Positions 21,347 through 29,735 of a DNA stretch of 64,000 nt are shown piece after piece. The notes beneath the pieces were generated by a model, which saw only the letters and a program-made list of their open reading frames with translations, was not told where the DNA came from and made no database searches. The first letter of the stretch is position 1. Every line of letters begins with the position of its first letter. The position numbers and the translations under genes are program-made. This DNA comes from Prochlorococcus sp. AG-436-J02 (GTDB lineage Bacteria; Cyanobacteriota; Cyanobacteriia; PCC-6307; Cyanobiaceae): NCBI GenBank assembly GCA_003212625.1, contig QCPI01000003.1, forward strand, positions 5,747 through 69,746, given 5' to 3'.

Positions 21347-22702
21347 TTAGGTACCACTTACAACACATTTTCTCCAATTATCTAAAATTTTTTGGGAACT
21401 TGCCCAATGAAGATGGATCCAGCTTGCATGAATTAAATGATTACAAAAACCTTCATTTTTAATTTCTATATTCCATCCTTTGATGTCCCATAATGGATTT
21501 ATTTTGGCGTCATATCTTTCATCGATAATTTCCCAACGATGAAATTCATGTCCAATTAATTTATCACCAGGATTGGTAATAGGACTTTTATTTTTACTTA
21601 TTGCTTCTCTATAGCCTATCTTTAAATTACCTCTTTTAGCTTTAAAAGGTAATATCCCAGCCATCGAATGCTCTCTTCCTTCTAAATCAAATATACTTTT
21701 CCCTAAGAGCATCATTCCTCCACATTCAGCATATATAGGAAACTTTTTTGCAAATAATCTTATTGATTTCAAGCTGATTTTTGAATGACTTAATTGTTTC
21801 GCATGTTGCTCAGGAAAACCACCAGGTATTATTAATCCTCTCGCTTTTTCTGGAATCTCCTTGTTTTCAAGAGGTTTCCAAGTAATAGTTTTCATGCCAT
21901 TATTTTCCAACAGTTCTTTTGTTTCTTGATACCTAAAATGGAAAGCTTCATCTTCAGCAATAGCAATAGTGTGAATTAAATCTGCTTCTTTCTTTTGTAA
22001 ATAGTTAATTCCCTGATCTGGAGATTTTGGGGGTAATAAAAGGTTTCTAAAACTTTCTATGTCTAAATATTTTTTTGCGATTGATGCCCACTTTTTAACT
22101 TTGTTTTTTAAATCTTGTATCTCATGAACTGGAGCTAACCCAAGATGTCTTGTAGGAAGATATAGCTCTTTACAGCTAGGTATACAACCTAATGATTTTA
22201 TATTTATTTGATTAAGAACTTCTAATAAGATTTCTTCATGTCTAGGAGTTTGTACATTATTTAGAACAATTCCCGCAATTTTTAAATCCTTATCGTGTTC
22301 TTTAAATCCTTTGATTAATGCTGCTAGTGACGCAGCCTTCCCCCTTGCATCAACAATAAGCACTATTGGCAAACTTAAAAACTTAGCTAATTCAGCTGTG
22401 CTCCCTTTTGAGCTACTGCCAATCCCATCAAATAATCCCATCACACCTTCAACCAGTGAAAAATCAGCTAATCCTCCATAGTGATTAAAACTTTCTTTAA
22501 CCCATTTTTCGCCTGAGAGAATCAAGTCAAGATTGCGACAAGCTTTGTTTGATACTGCGGCGAGTTGTTGAGGATCTAGATAATCAGGCCCAACTTTAAA
22601 AGTTTGAACTGTTTTACTTATACTCCTTAACCAAGAAGTCAAAATAAGGCTTAAAAGGGTTTTACCACTATTACTAGATGTAGCAGAAATCACGCATGCC
22701 AT
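21347..22702 (-). CDS. cobB: Cobyrinate a,c-diamide synthase
   Basis: SNSGKT, FKVGPDYLDP, VEGVMGLFDG, RHLGL, YAECGGMM, GHEFH. Confidence 0.93.
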   Translation of the reverse strand: MACVISATSSNSGKTLLSLILTSWLRSISKTVQTFKVGPDYLDPQQLAAVSNKACRNLDLILSGEKWVKESFNHYGGLADFSLVEGVMGLFDGIGSSSKGSTAELAKFLSLPIVLIVDARGKAASLAALIKGFKEHDKDLKIAGIVLNNVQTPRHEEILLEVLNQINIKSLGCIPSCKELYLPTRHLGLAPVHEIQDLKNKVKKWASIAKKYLDIESFRNLLLPPKSPDQGINYLQKKEADLIHTIAIAEDEAFHFRYQETKELLENNGMKTITWKPLENKEIPEKARGLIIPGGFPEQHAKQLSHSKISLKSIRLFAKKFPIYAECGGMMLLGKSIFDLEGREHSMAGILPFKAKRGNLKIGYREAISKNKSPITNPGDKLIGHEFHRWEIIDERYDAKINPLWDIKGWNIEIKNEGFCNHLIHASWIHLHWASSQKILDNWRKCVVSGT

Positions 22703-22709
22703 TTAGAAC

Positions 22710-24023
22710 TTATATTTTCTTGGACTGATTAACTAAATTAAGCATTTCTGTTGCCATTGGTGCGGCACTTGCAAGTAAAGGACTTGTATTACCTCTACTG
22801 CTCGATAGTAAACGAGCTACATCATTTTCTAAAGAGTTTTTTTGTACAGGAACGACTTGTTCTATAAGTTCCATTCTGGCCATACCCCCAGCTTCTAATC
22901 TCATGCATTCTCCTGACTCAGAAGCAAGAATCACACAAATATCGTTTTTTAGTTTGTTATGAGCTCTTGCTATTAATCTCAAACCAACTATTTGACCAGG
23001 ATTAATACTTGGTTTTCCAATTGGTAGAGAAGTTAAACTAACTTCAACAAGATTCTTGTCAGGACGCATAAAATTTACTTTTATACGATCTTTTTTTGAC
23101 GTGACGCAATTTTGTAGTTTCCAATTGAGACGATCGGCAATCCAGGCCGCAAGTAAAATTCCTTGAACTGTTTGAGTACCTTCAATATCAATATCAATTT
23201 TTTCTAAGTTTTCAAGTGCATTTCTTCTTTGAAGTGGATCAAATACCATCGCTAAGGTTTCTCTCCAACCTCTTAGTCGTAGCCAATTCAGATCGTTTAC
23301 AGCTTGTCCAGATTTAATTCTTTGAAGCAATAAATTTAAGCAGTCTGATGGTTCCCCTAATGCAGTATCAATAATTAATCTTCGATTTGGTAGTGCTAGA
23401 GCCTTAAGTAATTCAGGGGCCTCATCAATCCTCCCATTCCACCACAACCAAGAAGGAAGTTCATTTGGAACAAGAGTCTCTAGAATTTCAAGTCCATCAT
23501 TAATTGCAGTTTTATGGCCTCTTAATACAACAACATCGCCACAAGCTGTTTTTCCTCCGCCTTCTTCAGGAAGAGGACAATATGCAGCTACTAATGTTTC
23601 TAAATTATTTTCTTTTTCAATTGTTGGTGCAATTGTTATTAATCTTCGGGGTTGCAAATTACTTATTGAGGTATCAATGTGTTGCCCTCTAAGGTCTTCT
23701 ATATTTTTTATTATATCGTCAGATTGAATTGAAGATTGAACTCTAAAATCAAAAGGTGAAGTGCTGTTAGGAAGATCTCCTTCTAAAATAATTTGTCTTG
23801 CAGCTTCTATAAGATCAATTCGTTGATTGCCAACTATTGGTCCAGATAGCTTTCCGCTTTTGACTAGTTTTTGTTCAATCCAAGCTGGTTGCCAGATAAT
23901 TAAACAAAAAGTGTTGGCTCCTTTATCTCCTCTCTCATTATTTGACCAGAGTTGATCAAGATAAGTGGGGATTTCAGTTGGGGGTAATTGAAGAGGGGTT
24001 TGAAGGGTTAATTGGGGAGACAT
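22710..24023 (-). CDS. opcA: Glucose-6-phosphate dehydrogenase assembly protein OpcA
   Basis: Directly downstream of zwf; AYCP, LWWNG, DLNWLRLRGWRE. Confidence 0.92.
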   Translation of the reverse strand: MSPQLTLQTPLQLPPTEIPTYLDQLWSNNERGDKGANTFCLIIWQPAWIEQKLVKSGKLSGPIVGNQRIDLIEAARQIILEGDLPNSTSPFDFRVQSSIQSDDIIKNIEDLRGQHIDTSISNLQPRRLITIAPTIEKENNLETLVAAYCPLPEEGGGKTACGDVVVLRGHKTAINDGLEILETLVPNELPSWLWWNGRIDEAPELLKALALPNRRLIIDTALGEPSDCLNLLLQRIKSGQAVNDLNWLRLRGWRETLAMVFDPLQRRNALENLEKIDIDIEGTQTVQGILLAAWIADRLNWKLQNCVTSKKDRIKVNFMRPDKNLVEVSLTSLPIGKPSINPGQIVGLRLIARAHNKLKNDICVILASESGECMRLEAGGMARMELIEQVVPVQKNSLENDVARLLSSSRGNTSPLLASAAPMATEMLNLVNQSKKI

Positions 24024-24061
24024 TTAATTTAGTTTGAATAAAAGATTTGGATTCAATTTGT

Positions 24062-25585
24062 TCAAGGCCGTCTCCATAGAAGCTGATCTTTGCCAATAAG
24101 TAAGTCTGATTCAGTAGGCCCCCATGTTCTTGATTCATATTGATAAACAGGTAATTCCCATGGAGAGTCTTCAATCATCTCAAGTAGAGGAGTATATAAA
24201 CGCCAAGCAGCCTCTACTTCATCACTGCGAGTAAATAATGTGGGATCTCCAAGCATTGCATCAGCAAGAAGCCTTACATAACCTTCATCAGATGGTTCTC
24301 CAAATGATTCGTCATAGGAAAACTCCATATTTACAGGTCTACTCCTCATTCCTGACCCTGGTGATTTAACCTCAAAACTAAATTCAGCACCTTCGTTGGG
24401 TTGAATCCTGAGAATTAATTGGTTTGAAGTTGGACATCCTCCTGCAGCATCAAAAAGATGAACTGGAGCTTCTCTGAAAGTTAGAACAACCTCACTAAGC
24501 CTTTTTGCTAATCGTTTACCTGTCCTTACGTAAAAAGGAACACCCTGCCATCTCCAATTGTCTATGAATAGCTTCATAGCTACATATGTTTCTGTTGTGC
24601 TGTTTGGATTAACTCCTGGTTCTTCCCTATATCCAAGTAGTGGATCTTCATGGCTACCTCCTTTTGAATACTGACCTCTAACGCAACATTCCCAAGGCTT
24701 TTCTTCATTAGCAAGCTTGACTGCTTGTAGAACTTTTGCTTTTTCATTCCTTATGGCTTCAGGATCAAAATGTCCAGGTGGTTCCATTGCTGTTAACGCA
24801 AGCATTTGCGTTAGATGGTTTTGAACCATGTCTCTGAGAGCCCCTGAAGATTCGTAATACCCAGCTCGATCTTCAACCCCAACTGTTTCAGAACTAGTAA
24901 TTTGAACACTGGAAATGTAATTTCTATTCCATATAGGCTCAAAAATAGTGTTAGCAAATCTAAGAACAAGAATATTTTGAACAGTTTCTTTACCTAAATA
25001 ATGATCTATTCGAAATATTTGACTTTCTTGCGCACAACCTTGAACGAGAGAGTTTAGTGATTGCGCACTATTGAAGTCTCTTCCAAAGGGTTTTTCAATG
25101 ACAACCCTACTACGTTTTGGATCTTTTAATAATCCTGCGGCAGCTAAAGCTCTACAACCACTACCATAGAACTTTGGAGATACTGAAAGATAAAAAGTTC
25201 TATTTCCGTGGGTAGCTCGTAATTTATCTATTATTTCAAGCCTTTCGCCAAGTTTTAAGAGATGATCTGATTGTTGGAGGTCGACAGGTTCATAGAAAAG
25301 ATTTTGAGCAAAAGATTCCCATTCTTTTGGACTCTCTTTTATTTGGGCATATAGAGCCTCTTCCATTTTTGCTTTAAATATTTCATCAGTCCAAGGTCTT
25401 CTTGCACAGCCTAAAACGGCAAATTCACTTGGCAATCTTCTTTGTTTAAATAGCTCAAATAAGGCAGGAACAAGTTTTCTATGTGTTAGATCTCCAGACG
25501 CACCAAAAATAACCAAGCATTGAGGAGGAACTACACGCTCTTGGCGAAGTCCTATTCTCAAAGGGTTTGTTACTGGCATGCTCAT
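24062..25585 (-). CDS. zwf: Glucose-6-phosphate 1-dehydrogenase
   Basis: IFGASGDL, EKPFG, RIDHYLGKE, RDMVQNH; ATG at 25585 preferred over TTG at 25603. Confidence 0.97.
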   Translation of the reverse strand: MSMPVTNPLRIGLRQERVVPPQCLVIFGASGDLTHRKLVPALFELFKQRRLPSEFAVLGCARRPWTDEIFKAKMEEALYAQIKESPKEWESFAQNLFYEPVDLQQSDHLLKLGERLEIIDKLRATHGNRTFYLSVSPKFYGSGCRALAAAGLLKDPKRSRVVIEKPFGRDFNSAQSLNSLVQGCAQESQIFRIDHYLGKETVQNILVLRFANTIFEPIWNRNYISSVQITSSETVGVEDRAGYYESSGALRDMVQNHLTQMLALTAMEPPGHFDPEAIRNEKAKVLQAVKLANEEKPWECCVRGQYSKGGSHEDPLLGYREEPGVNPNSTTETYVAMKLFIDNWRWQGVPFYVRTGKRLAKRLSEVVLTFREAPVHLFDAAGGCPTSNQLILRIQPNEGAEFSFEVKSPGSGMRSRPVNMEFSYDESFGEPSDEGYVRLLADAMLGDPTLFTRSDEVEAAWRLYTPLLEMIEDSPWELPVYQYESRTWGPTESDLLIGKDQLLWRRP

Positions 25586-25743
25586 TAATAATTTCCTTGC
25601 CAATTAAATTAGGAATATTCAATCTAATTGCTTTTTATTCCACCTTTTTAGGATGGGACGCAAAAACAAAATTGATTTATTAAATATATAAAAAATATTT
25701 CTAAAAGTAATTAATAATTATCGCTTTCCAGACTTTTCATTAT

Positions 25744-26865
25744 CTAGTAAGTCTCAGCATGCCATCTTCCTGCTTTTCTAAGTTTAGGTCTCAGTTCAGA
25801 CCAATTTAAACCTTTTGCAGCAGCAGCAGTGGTCATTGCATCATCTATTCCTGGTTCCATTCCTTTTAATCCACACAAGTAAATATGAGTTTTAGGATTC
25901 TCAATCATGTTAAATATTTCTTCTGCATGTTCAAGTACTCTATCTTGTATATACATTCTCCCTCCTTTTGTGTTTTTCTGCTCTCTGCTTATAGCTTTTG
26001 TATATTTAAGGTTTTCTGGGAATTTTGATTTGTAATGCTCAAAATCAGCATCATAAAGCAAGTTTGCAGTTTTCGGAGCACCCATAAATAACCAAGCTTT
26101 GCCTTTGAAATTCCACTTATGTTTTTCTATCTCAGTAGGTTCAAACATTCTTCTTAAATATGCTCTCATTGGAGCTATACCAGTACCTGTGGCAAGCATA
26201 ATTATATTTGAATCCTCTTCTTCTGGTAGAAGCATTTCTTTGCCTACAGGCCCGCTAATTTTTACTTTGTCACCTGGAGAAAGGTTACATAAATAAGTAG
26301 AGCAAACACCATTTATGGTTTCACCATCTTTTTCATATTGAAGTTGACGAACGCATAAAGAGAGGGTATTTCCTGCAAAGTTATCACCGTATCTTGTGCT
26401 TGCTATTGAATAAAGTCTAGGCCTATGGGGTTTTCCTTTTGCATCTTCTCCGGCTGCAAGTATTCCGCAACTTTGCCCTTCAACATATTTGAATTCAGGA
26501 TCTCCTCCTGATAGATCAAAAGTTATGTGTTGAACTTTCCCAATAGCTCCTTCCTGTAGTACTGAATAATTTTCAGTTACTGTTCCGGTGAAAGGTGCTT
26601 TTGGTTTATAAGTATTGACTGGTACATCTGAATGAGGCTTCTTAGCAGCAGCTTTAGCAGGAGCAGCAGCTTTAGCAGGAGCAGCAGCTTTAGCAGGAGC
26701 AGCAGCAGAAGCAGAAGATGCTTTCGAATTTTCGCTTAGATCATTTTTACCAGTTCGCAACATTGCACCAAAAGAATATTGCCTACGTATGAGATAGAAA
26801 AAACCAATGATGATAGGAATATGTGCAAGACCACCAATAACTACCTTTGTCTCTGAGTAGGCCAT
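25744..26865 (-). CDS. petH: Ferredoxin-NADP+ reductase with hydrophobic N-terminal extension
   Basis: RLYSIAS, GVCSTYLC, MLATGTGIAP, YLCGLKGM, C-terminal ETY. Confidence 0.96.
   Translation of the reverse strand: MAYSETKVVIGGLAHIPIIIGFFYLIRRQYSFGAMLRTGKNDLSENSKASSASAAAPAKAAAPAKAAAPAKAAAKKPHSDVPVNTYKPKAPFTGTVTENYSVLQEGAIGKVQHITFDLSGGDPEFKYVEGQSCGILAAGEDAKGKPHRPRLYSIASTRYGDNFAGNTLSLCVRQLQYEKDGETINGVCSTYLCNLSPGDKVKISGPVGKEMLLPEEEDSNIIMLATGTGIAPMRAYLRRMFEPTEIEKHKWNFKGKAWLFMGAPKTANLLYDADFEHYKSKFPENLKYTKAISREQKNTKGGRMYIQDRVLEHAEEIFNMIENPKTHIYLCGLKGMEPGIDDAMTTAAAAKGLNWSELRPKLRKAGRWHAETY
26647..26700. repeat. Three exact 18-bp tandem repeats (agcagctttagcaggagc) encoding (APAKAA)3 in the PetH linker
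   Basis: Copies at 26647-26664, 26665-26682 and 26683-26700, flanked by agc triplets. Confidence 0.93.
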
Positions 26866-27192
26866 AAAAACTTAAATTAGAATCTGAGATTACCAATAAG
26901 AGGTAACTTTTAGCTGATTTATCTTGAGATTACTAATATATTGGTTCATCTTCTTAGACCGTCACAAGATCATTTATATTGTTAAATCGTATTATTGAAG
27001 CTGGATCTTAAGGGATTGAATTATTTTTTGGACAGTTAAATTTATTCTTCAAAAAAATTTTGTGTAATCTTAAATCAAAAAAAAGGAATTTTTAAAGAAG
27101 CAACTTTGTTGAAAATTCTAAGCCATAACAAAATTATCATTCTCTAGATTTTCATTAACAGAAGGTTTAAAAATACAAGTTAATCTTACTTA

Positions 27193-27265
27193 TAGCCCCA
27201 AGGGGATTCGAACCCCTGTCGCCTCCGTGAAAGGGAGGTGTCCTAGGCCTCTAGACGATGGGGCC
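27193..27265 (-). tRNA. trnE: tRNA-Glu (anticodon TTC)
   Basis: GGCCCCATCGTCTAGAGGCCTAGGACACCTCCC-TTTCAC-GGAGGCGACAGGGGTTCGAATCCCCTTGGGGCTA forms a cloverleaf with TTC anticodon and GTTCGAA T-loop; CCA is not encoded. Confidence 0.96.
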
Positions 27266-27314
27266 AGTTTAAGTGAAAATTCACTGAATAAGTGAAGTTA
27301 ATCACAAATGAAAG

Positions 27315-28472
27315 TTACGGGCCAGACTTGCCACTCGTCAAGGCTTCTTGATCCTTCTTTTGACCACGCCATACAGGAACGGTGAAATAGAAACAGGCAC
27401 CTTCAGTAGGTTTGGAAACAACCCAGATCTTGCCTCCATGCACTTCAACAATTCTTCTACAAACTGAAAGGCCAATGCCAAAGCCGATTGTCTCTTGGGA
27501 AGTTTGTGGAAGCCGCACTCTATCGACAAATATTCTCTGTTGTTCTTCTGGGGGGATACCAGGTCCATTATCTCGAACAATTACTTCAACCCATTGGTTT
27601 GTTCTGTGAAGCATTGTTATAAAAATCTCACCTTCATCTTCGGAAAACTTCAAAGCATTTTCTATGAGGTTCAACAAAACCTGCCTCATTCTTCTTTGAT
27701 CTGCGAAAACTGAGGGTAAATCAGTTGGGATATCTGTATTAATTTTTATTTTCCGTTTAAGCCATAGTTTTTCAAGTTCAAGAATTGCTTCAGCAGATAT
27801 ATTTGCTAGATCAATTTTTTGAGGATTAAACAAAGTTTCCCAACGAGTACTTCCTACTTCTAATAAGTCTTTCGAAAGCAATTCAATTTCTTCCAGTCTT
27901 CTCTTAAGGACCTCTTGAAATTTATTCATGCTGATTTGACCTAGCTTCTGGCTTTGAAGAGCTAAACCTGCTGCCGTTAATGGAGTTCTCAATTCGTGAG
28001 CAACCATTCTTAATAGACTTTCTTGAGAATGAATTTTATTAGTAAGAGTTTCGTTTTCTTGCCGAAGGACTAGAAGATTATCTTCTAAAAGAAGTTCTTT
28101 TTGTGTTTGAGATGATTCGATTTTTTTAGGTCTAAGACTTATTCCAACACCTTGGATAAGTCTTTCATGTTGCCATCTTGGGAGCCAGGTTTTAACTTGT
28201 TCAAGGATCGAACTACCTGCGAAACTCTGTTTAGGAAATGGCTCTAATTTTATTAGAGCAGGTATTGCTACTAATCTATATAACTCAAGTAATTCAGGGT
28301 TCTTAGAAGGATCTGATAATTCAAGAGTAACTTCAAATCCACAATCTTCTTCTTCTAAATATTCAATTAACGATCGAATATCCTCCCGTGAGAGATGGTG
28401 ACGTGAGGCCACAAGCAACAGTTTCAACTGCCGTCTATCGTTAGCTTCGGCACTAATCACAGTGTCGAGCAA
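27315..28472 (-). CDS. sasA: Clock-associated histidine kinase SasA
   Basis: N-terminal KaiB-like domain ([20 protein letters not shown]), H-box [30 protein letters not shown]. Confidence 0.9.
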   Translation of the reverse strand: MLDTVISAEANDRRQLKLLLVASRHHLSREDIRSLIEYLEEEDCGFEVTLELSDPSKNPELLELYRLVAIPALIKLEPFPKQSFAGSSILEQVKTWLPRWQHERLIQGVGISLRPKKIESSQTQKELLLEDNLLVLRQENETLTNKIHSQESLLRMVAHELRTPLTAAGLALQSQKLGQISMNKFQEVLKRRLEEIELLSKDLLEVGSTRWETLFNPQKIDLANISAEAILELEKLWLKRKIKINTDIPTDLPSVFADQRRMRQVLLNLIENALKFSEDEGEIFITMLHRTNQWVEVIVRDNGPGIPPEEQQRIFVDRVRLPQTSQETIGFGIGLSVCRRIVEVHGGKIWVVSKPTEGACFYFTVPVWRGQKKDQEALTSGKSGP

Positions 28473-28567
28473 TCTAAATAATTACATATACCTTAAGGTA
28501 ATGAGACTCATTTTAGGTATTAGCTAATAATTAAGTGAATACTTTTTAAATCTCTCAATTCCAGTAA

Positions 28568-29125
28568 ATGGCTATTTCTTATTCATCTGGTATCGGGAAA
28601 ACCAAAAATTCTTCAATCGGTATAGATAGACTTAGAATTGACTTTGATAGTAATTTGAGACGATGGTTTGGTAGGAATCTTGGATTATGGCATTCTAGAA
28701 GACAATATTTTTTTGATGAAGAAAAGGCTGTTAATTTGGAGATGTATATAAATGTCGCAAAGCTAATTAAAAGTGATTCTGACTTTGAAAGTTATCGTTT
28801 TAAGTGGTGGTGCGAAGATGAAGGGGATTTTTTTATTAAAAGACCGGACTTTAAGAGCGAAGGTGAAATCATTGCTCGACTTCAAGGGCATCAACTAGTT
28901 CGTGATTGTTCTTATCTTTCTGATTCTTCAGGTATATCTAATATAAGGCAAGTTGATGAGCACGAATTGATTTTTGAGTCTAATTATGATAATTGGTATG
29001 TACTTGAACATACACGCTTAATAGATCAGGATAAATTTAGATCAAGAAATATTTATAGTTGGTTTAAAGATAAGTTGAAGATAGTTGAAAACCATCATGA
29101 AATAAGGATTAAGAATCCCAACTGA
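28568..29125 (+). CDS. Hypothetical protein, possible CpcS/CpeS-like beta-barrel
   Basis: 185-aa ORF. WF..NLG.W.SRR resembles the S-type bilin lyase N-terminal F...S.G.W.S.R pattern; similarity judged by eye only. Confidence 0.6.
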   Translation: MAISYSSGIGKTKNSSIGIDRLRIDFDSNLRRWFGRNLGLWHSRRQYFFDEEKAVNLEMYINVAKLIKSDSDFESYRFKWWCEDEGDFFIKRPDFKSEGEIIARLQGHQLVRDCSYLSDSSGISNIRQVDEHELIFESNYDNWYVLEHTRLIDQDKFRSRNIYSWFKDKLKIVENHHEIRIKNPN

Positions 29126-29248
29126 GGAGTTAATAAAATCTATTTAAATGGACCTTAATAGAATATTATGATTTTAATAGGCTAGTGAAAAATTTTTATA
29201 GATTTTTTGCTGCATATGATCTTTATGGACTAGAATCACTTGAGAAAA

Positions 29249-29701
29249 ATGAAAATTTCTCCAAGAAAAACTTTCTTGGCTATCTCTATTTTTTTAGGTT
29301 CAATACTTTTATCCAGTTGTAATAGTTCCCTAAAACCAGATTCTAAACCAACCAATACTAGCAGTGGGATAAATGAGATTAATTTCATTCCTGCGACTAA
29401 AGAAGAAATGAATTTATATAGACAAATTAGCATTAGTTATTTTTGTCTTTCAAGGCAAGCTGAAGTTGAATTTCCTCAATCAATTTCAATAGCTTCAAAT
29501 AACTTTGTTTTAATAGTTTCTAGAAAGCATGGAGGACTAATAGAAGAAATTGGAGATAAAAAATTGACAACCGAACAAATTTATAACGGCTCTTACTTGC
29601 AAGTTATGGAGGGTGCTATTAAGGTTTGTCCTGATCAAGTACCTGAGGAGGATAAGAATAAATTCTTAAAAGCTGTAGAACAATTAAATCAAAATAACTA
29701 A
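29249..29701 (+). CDS. Hypothetical lipoprotein
   Basis: Basic N-terminus, hydrophobic stretch and lipobox LLSSC; two further Cys (YFC, KVCP). Confidence 0.72.
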   Translation: MKISPRKTFLAISIFLGSILLSSCNSSLKPDSKPTNTSSGINEINFIPATKEEMNLYRQISISYFCLSRQAEVEFPQSISIASNNFVLIVSRKHGGLIEEIGDKKLTTEQIYNGSYLQVMEGAIKVCPDQVPEEDKNKFLKAVEQLNQNN

Positions 29702-29735
29702 ATTTAATTTTGGTTATATTAAAGATTTATTTAAC

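Noticed and set aside
26647-26700. Tandem repeat as a CRISPR array
   Set aside because: It has no spacers, lies in frame within petH, and no cas genes are present.
26866-27192. Possible genomic island or integration scar at the tRNA-Glu 3' end
   Set aside because: There is no integrase, no duplicated tRNA 3' end (att site) and no foreign ORF; it reads as the petH promoter region.
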